Origin: Fonticula alba ATCC 38817
Lineage: Eukaryota; Protista; Nucleariida
Reading direction: 5' to 3' (one strand)
NCBI GenBank assembly: GCA_000388065.2
Contig: KB932205.1
DNA: 64,000 nucleotides
In this document: positions 25,795-38,346 of the stretch, in pieces
Position numbering within the stretch: the first letter of the stretch is position 1
Layout of the letters: every line of letters starts with the position of its first letter
Notes under the pieces: model-generated
Told to the model about the DNA's origin: nothing
The model's input: only the letters and a program-made list of their open reading frames with translations
The model's database searches: none
Made by a program: the position numbers and the translations under genes

Positions 25795-27539
25795 ATGTCC
25801 GCCGGAATGCAAGTGGACACCCCGGCCCCGGTCCCCAAGTCGCTGCCGACTGGGGCGGCCATGTCTTCCAATCACCAGGTATGCCCATGCATGTCGGCCC
25901 TTTGCCCGCCTGCTCCGCTGCCCCTTTCCCGTGGCCTTGCCTCTCCGGCTCGTCTCTGACCTTGGTTCCCCCCCCCCTCCCCCCCCCCGGGGCATGGCCT
26001 TGTAGGACCTCTACACCACGATGCTCAACCTCCAGCGTCAGCTGGAGATCCTCGAGGTGCAGGAGTCCTATGTCAAGGACGAGCAGCGTCACCTGAAGCG
26101 CGAGCTGATCCGCGCGCAGTCGGAGGTCGCGCGCATTTGCGCCGTCCCGCTGATCATTGGCCAGTTCCTGGAGGCCATCGACAGCAACTACTGCATTGTC
26201 GGCTCGACCACCGGCAGTAACTACTATGTTCGCATTCTCAGCACCATCGATCGGTACGAGTCCATGCCCGGCTGCTTGTCCGCCTTCTTCTTTTTTGTCT
26301 GCCCCCTCCTTCTCACTTCCTGCCGGGCCCCCTTTCTGACCCGCTTGTCCTTCTCTGCGGTCTCCAGCGAGCTGCTCAAGCCCTCGTCCAGTGTCGCCCT
26401 TCATCGCCACTCCAATGCCCTGGTGGAGGTCCTCCCGCCGGAGGTGCGTACATCTGCCACCTCGCCTTCGCCCCTGCGCCTGGCCGGCCTTGCTCACATC
26501 CAATATCTCTCCTCCCCCCCCCCCTCCCCCTCCTGGGGCTTCGCTTTCGCCGCTGCCACAGGCCGACAGCTCCATTGCCCTGCTCCAATCCACCGAGCGG
26601 CCAGACGTCACCTACTCGGACATCGGTGGCCTTGACATCCAGAAGCAGGAGATTCGCGAGGCGGTGGAGCTGCCGCTCACGCACTTCGAGCTTTACCAGC
26701 AAATCGGTATTGACCCGCCGCGGGGTGTCCTCCTGTACGGGCCGCCGGGTACCGGAAAAACCATGCTCGTCAAGGCCGTGGCGCACCACACCACCGCGGC
26801 CTTCATCCGGGTCGTGGGCTCGGAGTTCGTGCAGAAGTACCTCGGTGAGGGGCCGCGCATGGTGCGCGACGTCTTCCGCCTGGCCCGGGAGAATGCCCCG
26901 TCCATCATTTTCATCGACGAGGTGGATGCCATCGCCACCAAGCGCTTCGATGCGCAGACCGGCGCCGATCGCGAGGTCCAGCGCATTCTCATTGAGCTGC
27001 TCACGCAGATGGATGGCTTCGACCAGTCGGTCAATGTCAAGGTCATCATGGCCACCAACCGCGCGGACACTCTGGACCCGGCCCTTCTGCGCCCAGGCCG
27101 CCTGGACCGGAAGATCGAGTTCCCTGCCCCGGATCGCCGGCAGAAGCGCCTCGTCTTCGCGGCCGTCACCTCCAAGATGAATGTCGCCGACGATGTCGAC
27201 CTGGAGTCATGTATGTTGGCAGTGTGCTGCGCCCTTGTGCCGTTCTTTCTTCCCTTCCCACTCCTTGACTCGCCTCTGACAGCAGCTTTCCCCTCCCGCC
27301 TTGTGTCTTCCTCTGTCCCTCTCCCTCTCCCTCTCTCCTGTCTTTTCATCCCGCCGGCCCTCTCTCCAGTTGTTTCTCGGCCGGACAAGCTGTCCAACGC
27401 CGACATTGCGGCCATCTGCCAGGAGGCCGGCCTCCAGGCGGTCCGGCGCAACCGCTACGTCGTGCTGACCAGCGACTTCGAGCGGGCATACGCCACCCAC
27501 GTGAAGCGCACTGACAGCGAGTTCGACTTCTACAAGTAA
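25795..27539 (+). CDS. PSMC4: 26S proteasome AAA-ATPase subunit Rpt3 (regulatory subunit 6B), 5 exons
   Basis: [50 protein letters not shown], Walker A GPPGTGKT, Walker [29 protein letters not shown] and C-terminal EFDFYK*. Confidence 0.98.
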
Positions 27540-27960
27540 GTCTATACATGTGCGTGAGTGAGTGTGTGTAAGTGTGTGTGTGTGTGTGTGCGCGCGCGCG
27601 CGCACGTTTGCTCGCACGGGGCCACTGCCACGATCTTCCTCCTCCCCACCTCGCTCTTCACAGTTGGGCCCCCCGTGTCCTGCTCGCGCCCTCCCTCGGC
27701 CCTCGGGCCGCCCGCCCTCCTCGCCTCTCCCCCCGAATGTACCAAAAAAACCCCCCTTTACTTGGCTGCTTGTGCGCATGTCTCTGTGCTTTTTCTCTCT
27801 CCATTTGTCTAGGTGCCTCAAGTCGCGCGAGCGCTTCGTGTGCAAAAGAGGGAAGGAACCGGCCGACACAGGGCCAGCGGATCGATGCCCTTCGGCGCCT
27901 TGGTCCACCCCTTGGCCCTGGCCGCACAGATGGCCGGCGGGGCCCCCCCCCCCCCCTGCG

Positions 27961-30305
27961 TCAAGGGAGGTGCGGCGCCCACAGTCGAACGGAGGAGTCA
28001 GGCCTGACGTCGGGATCGCCGGCGGAGGGCGCAAGCATGTTAGACCAACTGACCGGAGACATGGGCATCGAGGATGGGGCCGGGGAGGAGGCAGGCCATG
28101 CAAAAGCGTACCCGCCAGTGGCGAAAAGCCCACCCAGGTCCGGCACCCGGGGGCCGTCATCGGCTTCGCCCACCCCGGGACCCAGGGGCTGTGCGGTGAT
28201 CGATCCGGCCGGCGCCGCGGCCAAGACCGTCGGGATGCCATCGGCATCTGGACACGGAGGGGATGGTCAGTTTGATGGGCAGAAAAGAAAGAGAGCCCGA
28301 CCCAGCCACTCCCCGGGGGGATGCACGGCATCCGCGTGCCACGCCCTGCCCCGAAAATGCAGGGCCACGGACCAAGAGTGCAATAGGACCGCGGTTCGGC
28401 CGTGCGTGTGTCCCACACCGAAAGGACGCCGGAGTTGGCACACAAGGCGCCGACCGCTGTCTCGTCCGGCGATAGGCAGGCCGCGCTGATGTCGCCATGG
28501 ACCGAGGGGAACTTCACATGCCCCGGGGTGGTCCGCACACCGAGGTATTTCTGCACCACCCGGCCACTGAGCAAATCCACCAGCACCACGCCCGCCTCAT
28601 CGGAGCGCGTGCGTACGAGCAGCATCCGCCCGGAGGCCGAGAATTGCAGGGAAACCACCTCGCCGCCGAGACTCACGGCGCCCAGATTGCTGACCAGCCG
28701 GCCGGAGGGGACATCCACCACGCGAACCTGGCCGCGATCCGTGCCCACGGCATACAGGTAGCCCGACTGGTCACAGGCGAGCTGATTTTTTCCCCCACCC
28801 CAGTGAGGAAGAAACCCAGGCAGGATAGTGTCAGTGGGGGCCCCAGAGGGGGGGGGGGGGGGGGAGGGGGGGGAAGGAGGTGCAAGCACCAAAAGGAACA
28901 GTGGGATCTGCCTTCGTTTGGGGCGATGCCGAGGGCAGCCGCCACATCACGTACCGCCCGGACGCAGCCGGCACCGGCTCCATTTTCGGCATCCTCGGCG
29001 GCCACACGCTCCGCCGGGGCCAGGTAGCAAGTCAAGCTGGCTGAGTCGTACATGCGCACGGCGGCGGCGCTGGAAACGACCGACGCCTCGGTGCCGCTGC
29101 CGGGGACCCCGACGCCGGCCTCCTCCGAGTCGGAGGAAGTGGCCGCCGGTCCAATGCCCCCGAGATAGCCGCCACCCACGAAGAGATAGTCCCCGGAGGG
29201 ATGCGCGGCCAGGCAGTGCACGGGCTGCGGATCGCGGCCATCGCGCCAGGCGCTATTCAGTCGGCCGCCACCACCGCCGCCGCCATGCCTGCCTCCGGGG
29301 CCGGCCTGCCCGGCCGCCAGGGCCTTTTGCGACGCATGCAGGTCAAACATGCGGATGCGCCCGTCAGCCATGCCGGCGAACACCTGCGGCCGACGAGGAT
29401 GCCAGCAGGTGACCACACGGCCAGAGGCCCCGGAGGATGACGTTCCCAGGGGCAATTCCAACAGCGCGGCATCCGCGTGGCCCTGTGCCACGCAGCGATC
29501 CACGTCCCATATCCGGATGACGCCGGTCGGGGCGGCATTGCCGGCATTGGTGCCGCCGCCGCCGCCGCCGCGACCGCCGGCCCCGGCCGCGATGCCGGTG
29601 CCGCCGGCCCCGGCCGGAGCCGTGTGCGTCGAGCACAAAAGGCGCCCATCCTGGCTGAAGGACAGGCTGCGCACGGGCAGGTGCGAATCATCGCGAGCCG
29701 CCGGCGACTGCTGGGCAAGGTGCGCCACTTGGGACATGGCCCGGCCGGGCCCGAGGCCCCGAGCATCCGGCCCCAGCAGAGGCCCAATCCCGAGCGGCAT
29801 CGAGCCAATCCCCGGGCCCGGGGCATCGAGGGCGGCCAGGGTGGCCGCATCGATTGCCGGGGCGAACAGCTGCTCCGCACGGGTGGCACCGCCGGGCCGA
29901 GTGCCCGGCGGGACGGCTCGCGCCTCGCGCGAATGATAGCGCAGCGCTTGGAGGGCGGCCGATCGGTCGTCCAGGCTCTGTGCCAGGGCATTGGTCCCGC
30001 GTAGGGCCGGCCCGGTGGGGAGGCTGGCCGCATCGGCCACGGCGGCTGCCACCTCCGGCAGGTTGTAGAACATCAGTTGCCTGGATGTTTTGGTCAGCAG
30101 TCGTCCCACCGGCAGGACAGCAGGCAGGTCCAGGGCAAGAGGGAAGAAAGTGCGAAGGGCCAAAAACGCACTGGGCGATCAGCTGGCAAACTTCCTCACG
30201 CGAGGCGGCCGGTGCCGTGGAGCAAGGCACGGCCGGGGCAGGCGCCCCAGGGCGGGCCGGGGCCGGGGCCGGCGGCAGCGTCGGCGCGAAGGCCGGATGG
30301 TTCAT
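27961..30305 (-). CDS. CSTF1: Cleavage stimulation factor 50 kDa subunit (WD40), divergent with low-complexity inserts, 4 exons
   Basis: N-terminal REEVCQLIAQQLMFYNL resembles the CstF-50 dimerisation helix (RQQLYKLIISQL). WD blades follow in CstF-50 order: VRSLSFSQDGRLL, WHPRRPQVFAGMADGRIRMFDL, VHCLAAHPSGDYLFVG...VRMYDSASLTCY, YAVGTDRGQVRVVDVPSGRLV...GGEVVSLQFSASGRML, VDLLSGRVVQKYLG, LSVWDTRTAE and DSSVRLWA. Confidence 0.8.
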
Positions 30306-30860
30306 GCCTCACCACGCGTGGCGTACTTCGGGGACCAGTGGAAAGGGGGAGCTGGCCAGAGGGAGTGGGGCTGCGGCAGAAGGACAGGCGAGGAGAAAAA
30401 AAAAAGGCGAAAGCGGGGAGATGACGAGAGGGAGGGGGTGTCTGTGTGTGTGCGTGTGTGTGTGTGGTCTTCCAGCTGGCCCCCAAAGGCCCCGGATGGC
30501 GGCCGTAAAAACCATCGTCTGAGGATGTCCAGATGCCAACGAACATGTACCATGCCTCGGGGCGGTGGCAGCTGGGCACTCTGGAGTACGAGCACACACT
30601 CGTCCGCGCCCTGGCAGACAGTATACAACTTAAGCACAAGTATTTGTATTCAAGGGGGGGAGGGAGGGGGCGAGTCCTCGCAGAAGGCAGAAGGAGGACA
30701 CGCACGCACGCACGCACACACACACACACACACACACACAAAAAAGGACGAAAGGCTGACTGGGCTGGAGAAAAACAAGGGCTAGAAAAGGGTGATTGGG
30801 GAAATCAGAGCACCACGCGACACACACACACACGCATTGACAAACACATGCGGGACATGC

Positions 30861-33800
30861 TCACGGTCCGTCGGCCTGGAGAGCCAGGCGGTCGGCCCGA
30901 CGGGCTCCGCCCATGCGCAGGGCGTCAACCACCTCGCGCAGGTCGACCGACGCGGCGGGATCCGCATCGCCGGTCAGCAGCACCGGGGACAGGGTCATCA
31001 GGCCAGAGCCCGGGCCGTGCATGAGAAGCGGCGAGCTGGACTGCCCGCGAGCGGCCACGGCCACCGTTGCCAGCTGCTCAACCAGGATCATGGTCTGGTC
31101 CAGGATGGTCCGGCCGGAGCCGGGGTCCACCCAGTTGACATCGGCCGGGCGTTGGGGATGTTTGACCAGGGCCTTGATGACATCGACCTTGCGCCGGTCG
31201 ACAGCCAAGTTCAGGGCGCGGATGCTGGAAAGGTAGTGGCGCTGGCTGGCCAGCGGGAGGTTGGGATCAGCGCCGGCATCCAGGAGGACTGTGTCGAGAC
31301 GGCCAACAGGAGGAGGGAAGGAGCGGGATTAGTCCTTTTCCGATGGCGTGGAATAGGTGGCCCAATCCAACAGGAGGGGCAGGCAGGGCGGGGGGTGGGG
31401 GTGGGGGGGGGGAAGGGACGGAAGAGAAAGGAACGCACGCCGCGTGGTCACAGGGTCGCCGGACATGGCGGCCGTGTGGATTGGCCGGAAGATCTCCGGG
31501 CCGAGCACATCCGGCCGAGAGGACCGCGCAGAGGAGGTCCCGTCCTCCAGGGCGAGGAGCGCAGCCAGAACCGGGGCCGCAGGGGCCGCCTGCCGGTGTC
31601 CAGTTGACTGGGCGGACACCTGGCCGGCGGCGAAGTTGACGTCAGCCCCGAGCTCAATGAGGATCCGCACAACAGAGGACTTGCCCAGGCGGGCCGCGAG
31701 GCAGAGGGGACTGGGAAAGCACGAGAGCGGGATGCCAAAGTACGTGGAGAGGGGGAGCAGAGGGGGGGGGGGAAAGCGGGGGGATGCTGTGAGTGCGAGC
31801 GTTCTGGGAGGGAACTAAGCGAGGGGCCACGCTCAGTCACAAGGAGAGCAGAGCACGGAAAACGCACGTCCAGCCGTCCAGCGGCGAGGCCAAGTTCAGC
31901 AACGGACTGCAGAGAGTTGACCCATCGGACAGGGGCCGACGCGTGGCCGATACCAGTGGCGCGATGAGATCCTCCTCGCCAGTGAGGATGGCAATCGAGA
32001 GCCGCACTGCCATGAGGTTCAGCAACTGCTCGCTGAATAGTGTTCCCGATGCGGCGGATGTGGCCACCGTGGCCAGGTCATTGACCATTGGATGCGCCGC
32101 CGGAGTGACCCCCGCCCCCGGGGAGGTCGGCGACACGGGGTGGCTCTCCACCACCGAGGCCATGCGACTGGGAGCCCAGCTTAGACGCCGGCCGATGGGG
32201 GAGCCGGTGGCCGTCGCTTCAGCCCCCGCCACCGTCGCTGTCGCCGCCACCGCGGCCACCGTCGTCGAAATGGCAGGCAGGGCAGCCTGCTTGTCCGGCG
32301 AACTGGCCGTGGCGCTGGCTGCCGACTCGGCGGCCGTCGAAAGGGAGGGAGCCGAGGTGAAGACCGTACCCGGGCTGCGGTCCGGGATGCCGGCCGGCGA
32401 GGGAGATGGCGAAGGGGTGGCCATGTCTTGGCTTGCCTCCACCGAGGAGAAGGCATGGCCCGCGATGGCCAAAGACCCGGACCCGGCCAGGGAGCTGAGC
32501 GACTGGGCCACCGAGCAGGAGGGGGTCGACTCGTCGGATTGCGTGCGCAAATGCAGGGACCCATTGCTTTGGGTCTCGGCCAGGGTGTCTGGATCGCAAT
32601 TGAGCAGGAAGCCCGGCGGCCGACCGGGGCCGGTCTCGGCCCCAGGGGTCTCGGCCCCGGCAGCCAGCGGCGAAGAGGGCTCTCGCGGCGGCGAGTCCAC
32701 CTGGCTGTACTGAGGACCTTGCATGCCGCCGCTGCCATCACCGACAGCGGAGCCCGCCCCGCCGGCCAGGTGGTCATACGATGTGAGCACTGTGGCCCCG
32801 ATCATCGGGCCGGACGAGGGGTGGAGCCCCTCGCCAGGACCGGCCTGCTCCTCGACGCATGTCTCCCCCCCGGCCAGCTTGGAGTAGTCCCCATACTGGC
32901 TGTCCCCGGGGCGCGGAGCCGCGGCCAGACTGTCGGTCAGGTGTGCCATGGCCAGCGAGTAGCCCGGCATGTCCAGGAGATGGACCGACTGCATTGCCGG
33001 CAGGATGAGCGCCGTGCCCGACGGTAGGGCATTGATGCTGCACGCGTCGCTGGTGGACCCGGGGAAGAGGAGGGCCCACTCGCCGGTCAGGCGTGGCTGG
33101 CGGAAGCGCCCCGCCGTGGAGCTCTGGAAGAGAAGCAGTCGCGAGGGGGACCCGACGGCGTGCGGGTGGGCCCCATACTGGGCCGCCTCCACGCCCCCGA
33201 CCGGCCCAAGGTGCGTTCGAGCGGCGATGGTCCCCGGACCGCCGGCCCCGACGGCCACCGGGTCCGCTCCGCCGCCGATGAAGCTGGCTGTGCGGATGGG
33301 CTGGAAAACCGCACTGGCATTGGTGCACAAGACCGCCGGGCTGAGGTTGGCCGCGATCGAGGTCCCCCGGAGAGCCGGCAAGTCGGCATTCAGCGGAACC
33401 ACATGCGTGTGGTACTCCGACAGCAGGGCCGAATACAGGTCCCGGGCCTTGCGAGGCAGGTGCCCGGTCGTGGGCACCAGGGCAACAGACCTGCCCCCGT
33501 TGGGAAGGGCAAACGGCAAGGAGGAAGGGCAGATTAGCGCCTCGGCAGAGGAGGGACGGCGGATGAATGAAATGCGGAAGGATGGCGGGTGATATCCCAC
33601 ACGCCGGGCGCAGACAGAAAGCAAGGGACAACATACCCGGACATCACACGCTCGAAGCCCCGGAGCCCGAGAGCCGCGATCCAAGAGTGCTCAACGAAGG
33701 CGCGACTCAACTGGCACTCGGGGGCCACAAGCGACGCCACGGTCAGGCCACCGGCAGCCCCGGCCCCGGCTTGGTCCACCTTGAACGTTCGGATGAGGCC

Positions 33801-36800
33801 GCGCTCGGAGTTGGAATGCGGGGCGATGAGGATCACATCGCGCGGGGTCTCCCGGCCGGCAGCCAGCAGCCCGGCGGCCAGCGAGTCGTCCGAATTGAAG
33901 GGAATGGCCAGAGGGCCCGGCGGGGCTGAATGACCGCCACCGGCATCCGGGGCCCCAGACGTGGTCCCCAGGAGGCCTGACAGTCCGGTGGAGGAGGAGG
34001 AGTTTGACAGGGAGGTCCGATGGCCGACAATCAGCAGCTCCGGCGAGCTGGTGGATGGCCCGACATCCGAATGGCCGGAAGAGCTGCGCGGGTGGCCCGG
34101 ACCGGGGGACGCCCCGATGGCCAGCGAGCTCAACGACTGGGCCGGAGACACTCCCCCGGTGCTGGTGGCCGCAAAGTGCATGGACTGCCGGCGAGCAGCC
34201 GCCTGTCCGAGCGAGGGGGCCGGCGAGGTGGCATTCCGACGCATGCGTCCAATGGCCGTGGCGGACCCGGCATGGGGGACCCCCCCCGAGCCTGGCGCTG
34301 CCCCGCCGGCCGGGCCCACAAAGCTGGACAAATCATTGGAACTGAGATTCGACACGGCCACCAGCGCGGGCAGCTCGGCACGCTGCATGGACGACGCATA
34401 GTGCCAGACCATGGCATCGCCGGCGGCATTCACAACCAACACCGCGGGCTCGTGCGGCAGGCCTAGCGTAGCAGCATGCGGCCGGCCGGCCGCTGCCGGG
34501 GTCAACACCGGCAATGGGAAGACCGTGGCATGGGGGTCCGACATTTGCTCCGGCTGGAATTGGACCTGCGGGAGAACCGGCTCGAAGGAGGCCGAGGGAC
34601 CGCGCGAAGAGAACCCGGCCGCCAGGCGAGACAAGCGCCGCATGTTGCGCAAGTCCCACACTTCGGCCATGGTCGGCCCCACCGACCCATAGGGCGGGTC
34701 AATGTCCCCGACCATGGCCGCGCCGCCGGGGAAGATAAGCCCGACCCCGGCCGACCCACCCCCCGAGGGACCACCTGCCTGGGTGTGTGCCCCGGCCTGG
34801 GTGGTGGCCAGGAACCCGGAATTGTCGCTGGTGGACTGGGAGATGACCGACCCATAGAGGGAGTGCCACTGCGATGAGAAGGACAACGGCAGCGGACCAA
34901 CCAGGGCAATGTGGCTGCCATCGCGGGACAAATCTGCCACAATGCAAGAGGAGCATGCGTTAGCCCGGGCATCTTTGCATGGAGACCCGACAAGCGGCGG
35001 GTGGCAGGCCGCAAAGGAGGGCAAACGGAAAGAGCCCGGATGACGCACCGAAAGTCGCACACTTGAAGCGAATGAGATTGGTGAAATGCCCGGTCGAGCG
35101 GCCGAGATACTCGCGCTCATCGGTGGCCGCATTGCTCGGGGCGCCGGGGCCGGCGGGCGACCCGAGAAGCGACGGGCTGCCAGCCGGCGACCCGATGAGG
35201 AAGCCCCCCGAGCTGACCCCTGGCCCGGGGGACATGGGGAAGCCCGGAGTTGGGAATGCACCGGCGCCCGCACTGGAGGAGATAGCTCCGAGCGAGGAGG
35301 ACCAGAAGAAAATGCCAGTCTCCGACGTGGAAATCACCAGGCGAGTGGGGTCCGATGGGACGAAGCGCACGCAAGTGATGCAATCATGTGCTGCGGGCCG
35401 ATGCGCAAGCAGGACCCCGGACACGGGAAAGGCGGGGAGCGGATAGGACGATGCACGTCCGGGGTCAGAAAGGGAGGGAAGAAGTCGGGCAACGAAAGAG
35501 GGAGGGCAGGAGGGGCAGGGGGCGACGACCAGGACGCACGCTTCATCAAGCTGAGCGGGATATGCTCCATCGGAATGCCCGTGGTCAGGTCGATCAGTAG
35601 AACCATGTGCGGAGCCACGGCCAGAGCCGCCATCGGCCGGCCGCGGATGCGTGCCAAATCCACCAGCCCGCGGGACCGGCCAGAGGCCAACTCCGAAATC
35701 CACCGGCGCTGGGCACCCAGGGCCGCCGGTGCCGCCGCGCCCAGCTCCATGGATCGCGGCCCGGAGAGGTCGCCCATGTACGGTGCCATGAACAGGGGAT
35801 ACGGGTCGAGCTCCACCGACCGGACCAGCTCCAGGGTTGAGGTGCAGATGAAATGCACATGGAAGATGGCCGACATGGTTTCCACCAGGGCCGACCCTCC
35901 AAGCGAGGGGGAGGCCCCCGTGGAGGAGGCCAGCGACTGAGCCTGGCCCATTTGCCCGGCCAAATCCAAAGCCGCTTCCGAGATGGCCGTCGAGCCGGCA
36001 GCCAGCCCGGAGAAATCGACACCGATGTTGGTGGGGTTGCCCGAGAAGGCCGACACATCGGCCGCCAGGAAGGACGAGCGCGAGGTATCGACAATCGACA
36101 CGATGGAAATGTGCGACCCATCCGAGCGGACATGTTGCATCGAGAGCGCTGTACCAGGGACTTAGGGCGGGGGAGGGGGGGGGGGGGGNNNNNNNNNNNN
36201 NNNNNNNNNNNNNNNNNNNNNNNNNNNNNNNNNNNNNNNNNNNNNNNNNNNNNNNNNNNNNNNNNNNNNNNNNNNNNNNNNNNNNNNNNNNNNNNNNNNN
36301 NNNNNNNNNNNNNNNNNNNNNNNNNNNNNNNNNNNNNNGAGCGAGAGCGGGAGCGCGAGGGGAGGGGGGGAGGGGGGGAGGGAGGAAGGGAAAATACGGA
36401 GTCGGAGGGAAGCCCGCGCCGAAAAGCAAGCCGGAGAAAGGCCGGGCAAGCGACGCACTGATGAAGTCCGACTTCTTGGTCATCAAGACGTCCCCGGTCG
36501 GCGAGAGCCGATGGAGGATCACCACCGACCGGTCCCGGCTGCAGGAGTGTGTGTTTAGACCGGAGTAGCGCGTGACAATTGGCCGACGAGGCCCAAGCGG
36601 GGTGCCATCCTCCGGCGACCGGGGCTGCATGTGGGCCGCATCGCGGAAGAAGCCAGACGAGCTGAGCTCCACGTCTAGCTGGCCCACACGCTCACACAGG
36701 GCCAAGAAGTCCACAGTTGTCTGGCGGTGCCGAGCCGAGAAGGCCAGCGAACAGAGCACCGTGCCACTTTGGGGGATGGTGGCGCTCGGCGCGGGGAAGC

Positions 36801-38315
36801 AGGTGGGATCATCCTCGGACGAGGCAGGCCGCGGCGAACCGGGCGGCCGCTCGAATCCCGGGGAGGCCGGCAGCAGCAGGGCCGAGGGCGACACGGCCAG
36901 CCGGTCCAACAGATCAATGTACGAGGCAGTGGGCTGGCGTCCTGGGCGAGGGATGCGCGGCCGCAGGGCCGCCGGGGCCATGGTCAGCAGATGCAACAAC
37001 TGCGGCAGAGACACCACCGCTTCCAGTGCCAGCGACGAGGGGGACAAGCCGAACATGGAGCCAACACGAATGGAAACCGACCGGGCGGCCGGCACCACGG
37101 CACCAGCTGCCGTGTCGGAGGCCGGATACAGGTGGCTGGGGGTTTGCAGGCGCGAGCTGTCGGCGCTGGTGTGATGACCAGCATCATCGACAAAGTGGTA
37201 CGACCCGCGCAGGAGGATGGCATTGGACTCGGACAGACGCCGGGGCCGGCGACGGGAAACAGACTGCTCGGGGAGGAATGTCAGACGGCTGGTGGCTCGT
37301 GGACCGGAGGGCAGGGGAGAGAAGCAGGACCGCAAAGGGAAGAAAAGTGAGGTCAGCGCACCCGACGCAAAGGAAGGTGCTCCTGCGAGGGCGAGGGCGA
37401 AGGCGAGGAGAAGCCCACATCCGAGCCGGTATGCTTCAAAAGGGCCGTGGGCGCCGGGCTATCCGACCGGTGCGACCACTCGGTATGGATGCTGGGAATG
37501 TGAGAGGGGGCGCCGGTACCGCCGGCAGTACCGGCATCAGGAACATGTGAGCGGGTGGCCTCAATCAGAAGCGACCGGATGTCCGGGGCCGATGTGGGAT
37601 CGCTGCCGGCGCCTGGTGAAGACAGCTGGGTATGGCTATGCGACCGTTGGTGCGATCGGGGCGGAGCCATGCTACGACGGACGAAAGCCCTCATGTGAGT
37701 GTGCATGTGCGTGTGCGTGTGCGTGTGTGTGTGTGTGTGCGTGGGCGTGGGCGTGGGCGTGGGCGTGTGGACATCAGGGGGAGAGGACAACACCGGTCTG
37801 CGGGAGAGTGGACGAAGGCAGGAACATACCCTGTATCTGCTCCAGCCGGGGTGGGCGACCGGGTGCCCAGGGTGTCCGGAGTGATGAGACCGTCCGACAG
37901 CGAGGTCGAGCTGTTGGCCGACCCTGGCCGGGGGAGGGAGCCGGCCGGGGAGGGACCCCGAGAGATGGAGCCCCCTGAAGATCCACCGTGAGTCGTGTCG
38001 CCCCATTGGGAGTAGCTGAGTCGCGAGCGAGTGGCACTTTCCGGGCCCAGCAGCAGGGATGAGGAGGACGACGATTGGGAGAGCGTGTGCGGGGGCCCGC
38101 CCGCGAGGCCGGCAATTTGCGGCGAAAGGGAGGCCGCATGAGGATCCAACGAGGAGAGCACCCGTTGGAAGAGGGCCGGCATTTGGGGGACCGATGGGAC
38201 AAAGAGGCGCCGCTCGAGGGTGAGGAACTCCGCCGTCTGAGAGAGGTGCGAGGGACCACGGTGGCATGAGCGCCAGAAGATGGGGGTGTAAGTTGGGGGG
38301 GGGGCGCGCGCGCAC

Positions 38316-38346
<31 letters not shown>

